Assembly: GCA_963768055.1 (NCBI GenBank) | Contig: CAVYGN010000002.1 | Span: forward strand, 736,001-800,000 | Source: an uncultured Spirochaetota bacterium | GTDB lineage: Bacteria; Spirochaetota; Brevinematia; Brevinematales; JAOACQ01 | Direction of reading: 5' to 3' | DNA: 64,000 bases | Shown: positions 38,133-48,000 of the stretch, in pieces | Numbering within the stretch: the stretch's first letter is position 1 | How the letters are laid out: each line of letters opens with the position of its first letter | The notes under the pieces: model-generated | The model's input: the letters and a program-made list of their open reading frames with translations, nothing else | Databases searched by the model: none | What the model was told of the DNA's origin: nothing | Made by a program: the position numbers and the translations under genes

Positions 38133-38858
38133 ATGAATGAAAATGTAATTAATTATAAGAAAGTCTGGATATTGTTTAAAAAAGAATTAAGGTTCTTTTT
38201 CTTTTCGCCTATAGCTTATATTTTTATCTGTGTTTTTTTGGTATTCGCAGGATGGGTGTTCTTTTCACAATTCTTTTTATTCAATCAGGCGGAAATGAGA
38301 GCCTTTTTTGAGATTCTTCCTTTTTTTCTGGCTTTTATTATTCCGGCTATCACGATGGGTCAGTTTTCGGAAGAATTCAGCGTGGGTTCGTATGAAATGA
38401 TAAGCACGACATCGGTATCTCTATCCGATATAATACTTGGAAAGTTTTTAGCCGCCTGCGCGTTTATGCTTATAGCCCTTGTTCCGACATTCATTTTTCC
38501 GGTCAGCATTGCATTCCTCGGTGACCTTGATTTCGGGCCGGTCCTGGGAGGGTATATTGGATCGGTTCTTCTGATAGGGGCTTTCGCGGCAATAGGCATA
38601 TTTTCATCGTCGTTAACGAGAAATCAGATAATGTCGTTGATAGTTTCTATAGCGATTTGCGTTCCCCTCACTTTCATTGTGTTCATGGATCAATATCTTC
38701 CACCGGTCTTTTCTGAGATTATCAATAATTTATCCGCCGCCGCCAGGTTTAGAAATATTTCAAAAGGGGTTGTCGATTGGCGCGACGTACTGTACTTTCT
38801 TTCTGTAATCGTAATCGCTCTTTATTCGACGAAACTGGTATTGGAACGTAAAAAATAG
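38133..38858 (+). CDS. ABC-2 permease (GldF-like)
   Basis: KKELRFFFFSPIAY, PAITM..FSEE..GS.E, ILGKFLA, GVVDWRDVLYF. Confidence 0.9.
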   Translation: MNENVINYKKVWILFKKELRFFFFSPIAYIFICVFLVFAGWVFFSQFFLFNQAEMRAFFEILPFFLAFIIPAITMGQFSEEFSVGSYEMISTTSVSLSDIILGKFLAACAFMLIALVPTFIFPVSIAFLGDLDFGPVLGGYIGSVLLIGAFAAIGIFSSSLTRNQIMSLIVSIAICVPLTFIVFMDQYLPPVFSEIINNLSAAARFRNISKGVVDWRDVLYFLSVIVIALYSTKLVLERKK

Positions 38859-38881
38859 AATTGATGAAGGAGAAAATTTAT

Positions 38882-41014
38882 ATGAAACCTGAAATCCAGA
38901 AACAACGGATAGATAGCCTTACCACTTACCTGATAGTTGTCGGCATTATTCTTGTCCTGAATATTATCAGCTCCGGCCTGTCTTTTAAATTGGACCTGAC
39001 CAGTCAAGGTGTATTTTCAATAGCACCTGTAAGCAGGGCAATTGTTAAAAAACTTTCAGGGCCGATGACAGTTAAAATATTTTTCACTTCGGGACTTCCG
39101 GCTCCTTATAATACTATCGAAAGATATTTGAAAGATATCATGATGGAATACAAACAGGCAAGTTCATATAACAATTTCAGGTATGAATTCGTTGACATGA
39201 CAAAAAATCCTGACGAGGCCATGGAATACGGTATTTATCCGGTGCAGATCAGGGTTGTGGAAAAAGACCAGATCCAGATGAAAAAAGCGTATATAGGCAT
39301 GGTATTTCTTCATGCAGATATGGTAGAGAGGATACCTCAGATAAAATATGCAGAAGGACTGGAATATAATATAACTTCTATAATCAGGAAAATGATAAAT
39401 AAAATAGACTGGCTTAATTCCCTGAAAACGAACATTAAAATAGAATTAATAGCCTCATCGGGCATACCCCCGCTAATGACAGCATCGACTAACGGATATA
39501 ATGAAATTTCAGTCAGCCCGGATTTGATTTCTAAGATCAGCAATTCCTTTAATTCCCTTAATGCAAAAATGATGGGCAAGCTTGAATTTCATTACATCGA
39601 TCCCGGCCGGGATAAAGAAGCGCTACCGGAGGTTGTAAAAGAAAATTTCCATCCTATTGCATGGAAAACCATTGTTGATGATAAAGGCCGGAATTATCCA
39701 GCCGGATCAGGTTATATCGGCATGGTAATTGAATATAACGGCAAAACCAAGCTTTTAAGTTTATTATCGGAAGACATAATGGGCAATCCCTTTATTATGA
39801 ACATAGATAATTTAGAGGAATCCATGCAGGGTGCGGTTGACGACCTTATAAGGGTCAATCCCAAGGTAGGATATGTAGCAGGGGATATGGAACCCGATCC
39901 CTGGGATTACTCGAAATTCGGCGGACAGGAAAGCCCTGATTCGGCATCGAGATTTGCGGATTTCATTAATAACGACTATGAATTTGTCCCGGTATCGCTG
40001 AAAGATGAAAAATTACCTGAGGGTATTACCGCTCTGGTGATCCTGGAACCTAAAGCGCCGATGACCCCTTATGAACTGTTTCAAATTGATCAGTTCATTA
40101 TGTCAGGAAAATCTGTGGCGTTTTTCACACCCGGACTGTTCTTTCCCCCGTCAAACCCTCAGCAGCAGGGAGAATTGCCCAGAGGTTATAAATCCAGTTC
40201 GGGCATTGACAAGCTTATCGAAAATTACGGGATCAGAATAAATGATAATCTTGTGCTCGATGACAGTTCTTATTATAAACCTGTTCTGGAAAACGGAGAA
40301 CAAATCGAGGTCGAATACGCTCCCCTCATCGAACAGGAAAACATTTCTCAGAACCATGAAATAACCAAAAGGATCAAGGGATTGATATTTGTGAGCGCTT
40401 CATCGCTTGACCCTATCGATGACATTATTAAAAGCAATAAGCTAGTATTTACTCCACTGGTTAAAACTTCGAAAAGATCCTGGGAAAAAGGTGAAGGGGT
40501 ATCTCTCGATTACAGGTTCTTAAAACCCGGCTCGGATACAAAATTTTCTCAATATACGCTTGCCGCTGTGATGGAAGGGCACTTCAACAGTTACTTTAAC
40601 GGGAAAACGATACCTGCGGAACCTAAGACGACAAATAAAATAAAGAAAGCTCAGGAAGTCATTACCGGCGAAAAAAAGAGCGAATTCCTGGCCTCTGTTG
40701 ACAAAGGAAGAATATTGGTGATTCCCGATTCCGACATACTGAAAAATACAGTGCTGGATAGTGAAGGCATCAGTCCCAACGATATATTCGTCAAGAAGTC
40801 TGTTGACTGGCTTGTAGGAGACAAGGTCCTTATCCGGATAAGAAACAAGGGGCTGACTTATAATCCTTTAAAAAACACCTCGGACCAGGTAAAGGGATTT
40901 GTAAGGATATCTAATTTAATTGCCGCCCCGCTTCTTATAATTATTCTTGGACTTATATTATTGAGACTTGATATTAGAAGAAGGGAATTGATAAGAAAAG
41001 AATTTCAGAAATAA
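38882..41014 (+). CDS. GldG-like ABC auxiliary component with duplicated N-terminal domain
   Basis: LDLTSQGVFS, GIYPVQ, LEYNITS, IDQFIMSG, C-terminal TM segment; start after AAGGAG. Confidence 0.88.
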   Translation: MKPEIQKQRIDSLTTYLIVVGIILVLNIISSGLSFKLDLTSQGVFSIAPVSRAIVKKLSGPMTVKIFFTSGLPAPYNTIERYLKDIMMEYKQASSYNNFRYEFVDMTKNPDEAMEYGIYPVQIRVVEKDQIQMKKAYIGMVFLHADMVERIPQIKYAEGLEYNITSIIRKMINKIDWLNSLKTNIKIELIASSGIPPLMTASTNGYNEISVSPDLISKISNSFNSLNAKMMGKLEFHYIDPGRDKEALPEVVKENFHPIAWKTIVDDKGRNYPAGSGYIGMVIEYNGKTKLLSLLSEDIMGNPFIMNIDNLEESMQGAVDDLIRVNPKVGYVAGDMEPDPWDYSKFGGQESPDSASRFADFINNDYEFVPVSLKDEKLPEGITALVILEPKAPMTPYELFQIDQFIMSGKSVAFFTPGLFFPPSNPQQQGELPRGYKSSSGIDKLIENYGIRINDNLVLDDSSYYKPVLENGEQIEVEYAPLIEQENISQNHEITKRIKGLIFVSASSLDPIDDIIKSNKLVFTPLVKTSKRSWEKGEGVSLDYRFLKPGSDTKFSQYTLAAVMEGHFNSYFNGKTIPAEPKTTNKIKKAQEVITGEKKSEFLASVDKGRILVIPDSDILKNTVLDSEGISPNDIFVKKSVDWLVGDKVLIRIRNKGLTYNPLKNTSDQVKGFVRISNLIAAPLLIIILGLILLRLDIRRRELIRKEFQK

Positions 41015-41027
41015 AAAGGAGTAATAA

Positions 41028-41927
41028 ATGAATAACCGGACAAAATATATTATTCTGCTATCCATACTTGGCGCCCTTATCCTTGTATGGATACTTTTAG
41101 TATCGAATCCGGAAAAAGCGTACCGGCTCCCCAATGTAAAGGCTCCGGATAATGTTACAGGAATAGGAATAGTAAAGGGGACTGGCGAAAAAATTATGCT
41201 TATCTTTACAAACAGCAAGTGGATGCTTGAACCCGGCGATTATTTTGCACAAAACAGCGATGTAAACGAAATGATCGCCCAGCTTAAAACCTTCGAGATT
41301 TCCGATCTTGTTACAGGAGGATCATTATTGAATTACAGCCTGGATGATTCGAACAGGATTGATATCATGGCCTATTACAGCAATAAAGAGGTTCTTCATT
41401 TTTATATGGGAAAAACAAGTGCAACATACAGGCATACCTATGTGCAGCTTTCAGGCGACACTAATGTTTATCAGGCTAAAGGTACCTTTTATTACGCCTT
41501 CAACAAGGATTTCGACGGTTTAAAATCAAGGGATATTTCCCTGCTTAATAAGGATGACCTGATGCAGGTTAGAATAAAAGAAAATGGAAAGGAATACTTA
41601 TTAAAAAGAATTAAATCTTCTGATAAATCCCAATGGAAGGCTTCCTGGAAAAATACACCGGCTGATGAAGTTAAAGTCGATGCTTTTCTGCAGAAAACAA
41701 CTCCATTGTCAGCAGCGGCGCTTGCGCCGGGGAAAATGGATGATAAAGCTTCTTACTTGAGGCTTATTGAGCTGAAAACCGATAAGGAAATAGAAACCAT
41801 TTATATTTTCAGACAGGAAAACACCAAGGAAAAATTTTATATCGTAGGTGTGAAGGGTAATCCCGTGTTGTTTAAAATAACCGAATCCCAGGGTAAAGAT
41901 CTGCTGAAAAAAATATACGAATTTTAA
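41028..41927 (+). CDS. DUF4340-like protein
   Basis: N-terminal TM segment, YSLDD..FYMGKTS..TYVQ..VY; usual fourth gene of GldAFG-like operons. Confidence 0.75.
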   Translation: MNNRTKYIILLSILGALILVWILLVSNPEKAYRLPNVKAPDNVTGIGIVKGTGEKIMLIFTNSKWMLEPGDYFAQNSDVNEMIAQLKTFEISDLVTGGSLLNYSLDDSNRIDIMAYYSNKEVLHFYMGKTSATYRHTYVQLSGDTNVYQAKGTFYYAFNKDFDGLKSRDISLLNKDDLMQVRIKENGKEYLLKRIKSSDKSQWKASWKNTPADEVKVDAFLQKTTPLSAAALAPGKMDDKASYLRLIELKTDKEIETIYIFRQENTKEKFYIVGVKGNPVLFKITESQGKDLLKKIYEF

Positions 41928-42020
41928 TATGGGTCCGCAGGGATTAGAAACGCCCAGGCTTTAATATTCCATTTTCCGCCTGTCGATATAATAATGACTT
42001 TGATACTTTCAGGAGAGTCA

Positions 42021-42395
42021 TTGGTGGAAAACGAGGAAAGAATATCCCTCATACGCAGGGGGAACGAGCTTTTTAACCAGGGAGATTTTAAAAATTCCCT
42101 GAAGATTTTTTTAATGACGGATTATAAAGATGGCATAATCCGCGTAGCGGATTACCTGTATTTTGATAGAAAGGATAAGGTAAGCGCAGTAAAACTTTAT
42201 AAGAGGGCAGGCCATCAAAAAGTGATTGATGAGTTTTCAGAAAGGGTGGCGGTTTTGATCAAATTACTTTTGTCGGAAGATAAAATTATTAAGCAGATCA
42301 CTGAAGGTGAAATTGAGGGAACCGGTTCAGTCATTAAGGAATGGAAACCGGCTTCGATAAAGGGCGACGATCTTTCGAAGATGGACAACAAGTGA
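42021..42395 (+). CDS. Conserved hypothetical TPR-like protein
   Basis: LIRRGNELFNQG..Y.DGIIRVADY; start (TTG 42021 or GTG 42024) after AGGAG. Confidence 0.7.
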   Translation: MVENEERISLIRRGNELFNQGDFKNSLKIFLMTDYKDGIIRVADYLYFDRKDKVSAVKLYKRAGHQKVIDEFSERVAVLIKLLLSEDKIIKQITEGEIEGTGSVIKEWKPASIKGDDLSKMDNK

Positions 42396-43096
42396 ATGGC
42401 ATATTGTATGTAGTATCGACTCCTATCGGTAATTTAGGCGATATAACGCTCCGGGCCCTGGAAATATTAAAGAATGTCGATGGGATTGCATGTGAAAACC
42501 GGGATAGGCACATAAAACTGCTAAACCGTTACAGCATAAAAAACCGTCTCCTGGAATATTCTCCCGCTAATGAAAAAAACAGTTCAAAAGGCATTGTAAA
42601 ACTTCTTCTTGAAGGAAAAAATATCGCCCTTGTCAGCGATGCCGGGGTTCCCGGTTTGTCCGATCCCGGTTATGTACTATTGGAAGAAGCACGGAAGAAT
42701 TTTATTAAAATCGTACCCGTACCGGGAGTATCTGCACTTACGACCCTGCTCTCTGTTTCCGGCATGCCTTTCAAAAAATTAATATTTCTCGGATTTTTGC
42801 CCAAGTCATTATCGCGTATTGAAAAGGAACTGGGCCAATACCGTAGTTTCAATGGAGGGATAGTTTTTTTTGCGAACCAGCGGCATGTAAAAAAAATCCT
42901 GGATCTCATTAATAAAATTTTCGACAATGTCGAAATTATTATTGGAAGGGAGATGACAAAGATGAACGAAGAGTTTGTTCGGGATAAAATTACAGAAATA
43001 ATAAAGGCCGGTATTGAGGAAAGAGGGGAATTTACAATTTTAATTCATAACAGGTTAAAAAATCCAGGAAGGGAACATACTGAAGGGCGCCTCTAA
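42392..43096 (+). CDS. rsmI: 16S rRNA C1402 2'-O-methyltransferase RsmI
   Basis: LYVVSTPIGNLGDITLRAL, VSDAGVPGLSDPG, PVPGVSA, REMTKMNEE, RGEF. Confidence 0.94.
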   Translation: MNGILYVVSTPIGNLGDITLRALEILKNVDGIACENRDRHIKLLNRYSIKNRLLEYSPANEKNSSKGIVKLLLEGKNIALVSDAGVPGLSDPGYVLLEEARKNFIKIVPVPGVSALTTLLSVSGMPFKKLIFLGFLPKSLSRIEKELGQYRSFNGGIVFFANQRHVKKILDLINKIFDNVEIIIGREMTKMNEEFVRDKITEIIKAGIEERGEFTILIHNRLKNPGREHTEGRL

Positions 43097-43119
43097 TAAC
43101 CTTCGGATAGGAAGCGCCC
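43085..43119. repeat. Short copy of the REP-like inverted repeat
   Basis: GGGCGC..CCTTCGGATAGGAAGCGCCC overlapping the rsmI stop. Confidence 0.5.
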
Positions 43120-43223
43120 ATAGGGCATGCATTCAAGTTGAATTGTGCATGTTAACGGAAAGAGATTTTCTTGAGTAATTAGAACTGCCCTGAATAAAAT
43201 AAATTTTTAGGAAGAGAAGTTTT

Positions 43224-43253
43224 CCTAAAGATTGTTTTGAAATTGACCGAAAA
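43224..43253 (+). promoter_or_regulatory. Putative sigma28 promoter of flgM
   Basis: CCTAAA-N17-CCGAAAA directly upstream of flgM (spacer 1 nt longer than canonical). Confidence 0.5.
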
Positions 43254-43280
43254 TTAAACCGACAGAAGAGGAGGTCCTTT

Positions 43281-43571
43281 ATGGAAATTCGAGGAATTGA
43301 CAATGTCAGGGGAATTGATAACAATTCAAAGATAAACAAGTTAGTTAAAAAAGATAATGAATCAACTCAGGTCCCTGATTCGGCTGAAATTTCCAAGGAA
43401 GCAAAGCAGCTTGCCGAAGAAGCGAAAATACGCGAAACATTGGCTAAAGTGCCTGATGTAAGAGAGGATAAAATCCAGCAGGCGAAGGAAAAGCTCGAAA
43501 ACGGGGCATACAATAAAGAAGAGGTTATAAACACTGTCGCTGAAAGGCTGATGAAAGTTCTTGGCCTGTAA
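43281..43571 (+). CDS. flgM: Anti-sigma28 factor FlgM
   Basis: DSAEISKEAK, PDVREDKIQQAKEKLENGAY..VAERLM. Confidence 0.9.
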   Translation: MEIRGIDNVRGIDNNSKINKLVKKDNESTQVPDSAEISKEAKQLAEEAKIRETLAKVPDVREDKIQQAKEKLENGAYNKEEVINTVAERLMKVLGL

Positions 43572-43606
43572 ATCACAGAATTTAAGAAAGTTTTAATAAA
43601 TCTTAT

Positions 43607-43635
43607 GGGGCTGCCTCAAAAGGCAGCCCCTTTTT
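43607..43635 (+). terminator. Rho-independent terminator after flgM
   Basis: GGGGCTGCCT-CAAA-AGGCAGCCCC followed by TTTTT. Confidence 0.85.
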
Positions 43636-43679
43636 CGTGATCTGATAGATATAAGTCATGCATTATGATATAATTAAAT

Positions 43680-45014
43680 ATGAAAAATAATTTACCTGTA
43701 GTTGCGATAATCGGAAGACCTAATGTGGGGAAATCCTCCCTGTTCAATCTTCTCCTTGGAGAAAGAAAATCGATAGTTGATGAAATTGAAGGTGTGACCC
43801 GGGATGTCAATAAGGGAATAGTAAAAACAAACCGTATTTCTTTTACTATCCTGGATACCGCCGGATATCTTGAGAAAGGAGATGAATTCAATAAATTGGT
43901 CCAGGAAAAAATAAGAGAAGCTATCGCCGGTACTGACCTGGTTTTATTTATTGTTGATGGAAGAGAGCCCCATCCTTACGATGAAGATATCGCCCGTATT
44001 CTTAAGAGGGAACAAAAGCCCGTTATTATAATCGCCAATAAGCTTGATAACAGGGATATGGAAAGTCTTGCCGACCAATTCTATCATCTTGGTTTCGATA
44101 CCATTATACCTTTTTCGGTTTCCCATAAACGCGGTTACATACAGATAATTGAAATCATCGAGGATATGCTGTCGCATTTAGAATATGACCAGGAAGACAA
44201 ACCTGAAGAAGATGAAATTAAAATATCTATAGTAGGAAAGCCGAATGTCGGGAAATCTCTTTTGATTAACAAGCTCCTGGGTTTTGATAGAAGTATAGTA
44301 TCGGATATTCCCGGCACTACGAGGGACTCGGTTGACGATGTTTTTAATTATTCGGGACATACAATAAGGCTCATTGATACGGCAGGACTCCGGCGGAAAT
44401 CGAAAGTAAGCGGCAACATTGAATATTACAGTAATGTAAGGACTGTTCAGACTATTGAAAGAAGCGACGTGGTTATTATGCTTATGGATGCCGGGGAACA
44501 AATTTCACAGCAGGACAGGAAAATTGTTGAGATGGTCATCGAGAAGGGCAAGGCCCTTGTTATTGCATATAACAAGTGGGATCTAAAAAGGACAAGGTCG
44601 GACGATGATTACAGGCTCATGGAGGGGACCAGGAAACTTACATTTAAGGAGATCGGTATTTATCAATTTGTCCCGGTTGAATTTGTTTCAGCCCTGGACG
44701 GATACCGGATAGATAAGTTGATGGAAACCGTATTCAGGGTTGACAGGGATTATCATTACCGGGTACCGACGGGAGTTTTAAATGCCTGGCTTGAAAGAGA
44801 AATAAGGGAAAGCGATATAAAAAAACCGAGTTCCAACCTGAGGATCTATTATGCCACACAGGTTTATTCGGCGCCGCCCAAATTTATTTTTTTTATAAAT
44901 AAAAAGGAGCACTTAAGAAAGGATTTTACGAGGCAGATTGAGAAAAAATTAAGAGGAGCCTTTGAATTTACGGGTACTCCTATTAAAATAACTTTCAAAG
45001 AAAAAGCCCCTTAA
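43680..45014 (+). CDS. der: Ribosome biogenesis GTPase Der (EngA)
   Basis: Two G domains (GRPNVGKSS, GKPNVGKS, DTAG twice) and a C-terminal KH-like domain. Confidence 0.97.
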   Translation: MKNNLPVVAIIGRPNVGKSSLFNLLLGERKSIVDEIEGVTRDVNKGIVKTNRISFTILDTAGYLEKGDEFNKLVQEKIREAIAGTDLVLFIVDGREPHPYDEDIARILKREQKPVIIIANKLDNRDMESLADQFYHLGFDTIIPFSVSHKRGYIQIIEIIEDMLSHLEYDQEDKPEEDEIKISIVGKPNVGKSLLINKLLGFDRSIVSDIPGTTRDSVDDVFNYSGHTIRLIDTAGLRRKSKVSGNIEYYSNVRTVQTIERSDVVIMLMDAGEQISQQDRKIVEMVIEKGKALVIAYNKWDLKRTRSDDDYRLMEGTRKLTFKEIGIYQFVPVEFVSALDGYRIDKLMETVFRVDRDYHYRVPTGVLNAWLEREIRESDIKKPSSNLRIYYATQVYSAPPKFIFFINKKEHLRKDFTRQIEKKLRGAFEFTGTPIKITFKEKAP

Positions 45015-45034
45015 GGGCTTGGGTTGGAGGTAAA

Positions 45035-48000
45035 ATGAAAAAATATTTATTTTTAGCGGTAATGACGTGTTCGGTATTATTTTTCCTCCGGCACTCTTTT
45101 GGGCTTAATCAGATACCGGGTTCCCAGAATGTATATGTCGGTTATGGAGTTAACGAACTTTCTCTGGGTTATGCGGGTATTTCCGAAATGTCCAGTATCG
45201 ATGGGAACTCATTCAACCCCGCAAGCATGGGCGATCTTAGGAGAATGGCAAACAGCCTGTCGGCAGGCGGGTTTGAAAGCGATGATTTGTTATTCAGCGC
45301 AGGTTTTTCATATCCGACGGGGATCGGAGTCCTGTCGATCAACGGCGTTTATCTCGAAGATTCGGCTTCAAATTCACTTTCATCCCTGATCGGGCTTCAA
45401 TTAAGCCTGGCCAAACCCATCACAGAAAATTTATTCTGGGGCGTCGATGTAAAATACGGTTCGGGTTCTTTATCGAATTCCTCCGATTATCAGCTTGCCG
45501 GGGATATGGGACTTATACTCAGGGAAAATACCCCGGGGACGGGCTTCGGTTTTTTTGAACCCTCATTCGGCATTGTATTAAAAAACCTGGGAAAATCGAT
45601 ACAGCTTGGCGAATATGATCCGTTCCCGGCAATGGGCGTCGGAGCCGGCGCATCATTTGATCCTGTGAAATATGATGCATATAGGTTAAGATTGATAGCC
45701 GATGCCGTAGTTCCGGTTAATCCGTTTAATGTCATTCTTGACGCCGGACTTGAAAATACATTCTTTGATTTTTTGAAGATAAGGGCGGGGTATATATTTT
45801 CAACCCCTTCCCTTGGAATATCCTACATCGGGCCTTTCCAGCTGGGTATAGCCCTGATGGGAAAAATAGCCTATAATGCCACTAATTTCAATCCTGAAAA
45901 CCTGCAGGTAAAAACTGCAGGCGAGCGCCTGGACAATTCGACGGATATTGAATTGGCATATGCGCTTCAGCAGCAGAATTTCAACGGCAAGTACGAACTT
46001 GCTCATTTTATAAATGTCAGCGTTGCATGGGGTTACTTTAGCACTGTAAAGCCGTTTGTATCCCTCAAACCCGATATTATATACATCTCGCCTAATACCG
46101 AATCCACACAGGGAAAAGTGAGATTATCGCTCGATATCAAGGATAGCGTTATTATAGAAGGTTGGGAAGCCGATATCAGGGATAAAAACGGCAATACCGT
46201 GAAAACTTTCAAGAGCCTTGATAAATTGCAGATCAGAATGCTGACCCCCGGAAAATTTTTAAGCCAGATATTCTCATCAAAACAGCAGGTTGATATTCCC
46301 GGGGATGTAGTATGGGACGGCCATGATGAAATCGGGGCAAAAGTCCCGGATGGGGAATATAATTATATTCTGCGCGCATGGGATGAAAATAACAATATTG
46401 GAGAAACCGAACCCGGAAAGCTGATAATAGATACCGTACCCCCGAAGCTGGAGCCGTCATTACCGTATCTCGTGTTCTCAATCAATAAAGACAGTTCAAA
46501 GCAGTTGTTATTTATAGATATAAAAAGTTCCGATGTCGAAAACGGTGATAAGATACATGCTGCAATAATAGATTCAAAAACCAATGAGGTGCGAACATTC
46601 GATTTTGAGAATTCATGCCCGGCCCGGATAGTCTGGGATGGACATGATGATCATAATGGTATAGTTCCTGAAGGAGAATACAGCTTTTCTGCCAGGGCAT
46701 GGGACAGGGCCGGTAATATAACATTGAAGAAGATTACAGGCATACGTCTTGTGACAAATTATGAAACAATCATGCTGAATTCAGAAGATGATGCCTTCTC
46801 TCCGAATAACGATGGTTTCAAGGATACTGTAACATTTGTCCAGAAATCGTCCAGCACCAGGGGCCTGGAGGAATGGTCGCTCAAAATTTACGATAATAAT
46901 TCAAACGTCGTAAAGGAATATAAAGGCGGCCATGACCTGCCTGAAGAAATTGTCTGGGACGGAAGGGATAAAAACAATTCAATAGTCAAGGATGGGTACT
47001 ATACATATGGCACCGGTTTGATATTCGACAGCGGAAACCATCCGATATCGGAAAAAAAAGTTGTCAGGGTTAAAACCGCCCCTCCTTTGATCGTGATAAA
47101 ACCGGAATATATGTCATTTTCCCCGAATAATACTGAAGCCCGGAACTCGATGGTATTCGATAACACGGTAGAGGGAGATGACGATGATGTTATTGATATA
47201 AAGATAATCGATCCCTCAGGCAATATTGTTTATTACAATACATACCGGAAAAAAGATTTCCCGGATAAGTTCATATGGAACGGGAAGGACAAAGATTTAG
47301 AACCCCTCCCTGAAGGCAAATATACTTATGTTGTAGAAGGGGAAGATAAGGTAGGCAATAAAGATTCAAAACAGATAACCGGGATAGTCTTGAAAACAGG
47401 GCTTGAGAAAGTTTCTGTCCAATCAGATTTAAAAGCCTTTTCGCCAAAAAACTCCGTAAGCAATAAAATAGTCTTTACACCGCTGGTTACATCGAAGGAA
47501 AACATAGTTGATTTCGAATTGTCCATCCGGGATGATAAAAACAATTTAGTGAAATCGATAAAGACAAATACATTCATGAATAAGATAGAATGGAACGGGA
47601 CTGATAATTCAAAAACATTGGCTAAAGATGGGAATTATTCATATCAATTGAGGGTTAAATATGATTATGGAAACGAATTGAATTCAGCCGCCAAAAATGT
47701 CAGGCTTCTTACGAAGGTCCCTGAGATTACAATAAAAGCAGATGATTGGATTTTTTCTCCTAACGGGGACGGTAATAAGGAAACATTTATCATCCGGCAG
47801 CATGTAGGAGAAGACCCGGAAATTTTATATAATGCCGGGATATTCGATCAGAATGGCAAGCCGGTGAGGTCTTTCAAATGGGCGGGAACGGGGCCCTCTT
47901 CAGTGCCGGCTGAACTGGTATGGGAGGGATTAGACGACAAAGGGAGCCAGGCCCCTGAAGGAATATATATGTATGAAATATCCGGTACCGACGTCGCGGG

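Noticed and set aside
37196..41014. Evidence of gliding motility or type IX secretion
   Set aside because: GldAFG-like ABC sets are widespread; no gldK/L/M/N or sprA seen in the window
41962..41992. Third sigma28-like site (TAAT-N17-TCGATATAA) before the hypothetical-rsmI genes
   Set aside because: Both boxes and the spacing deviate, and it does not match the shared motif at 24031 and 43224
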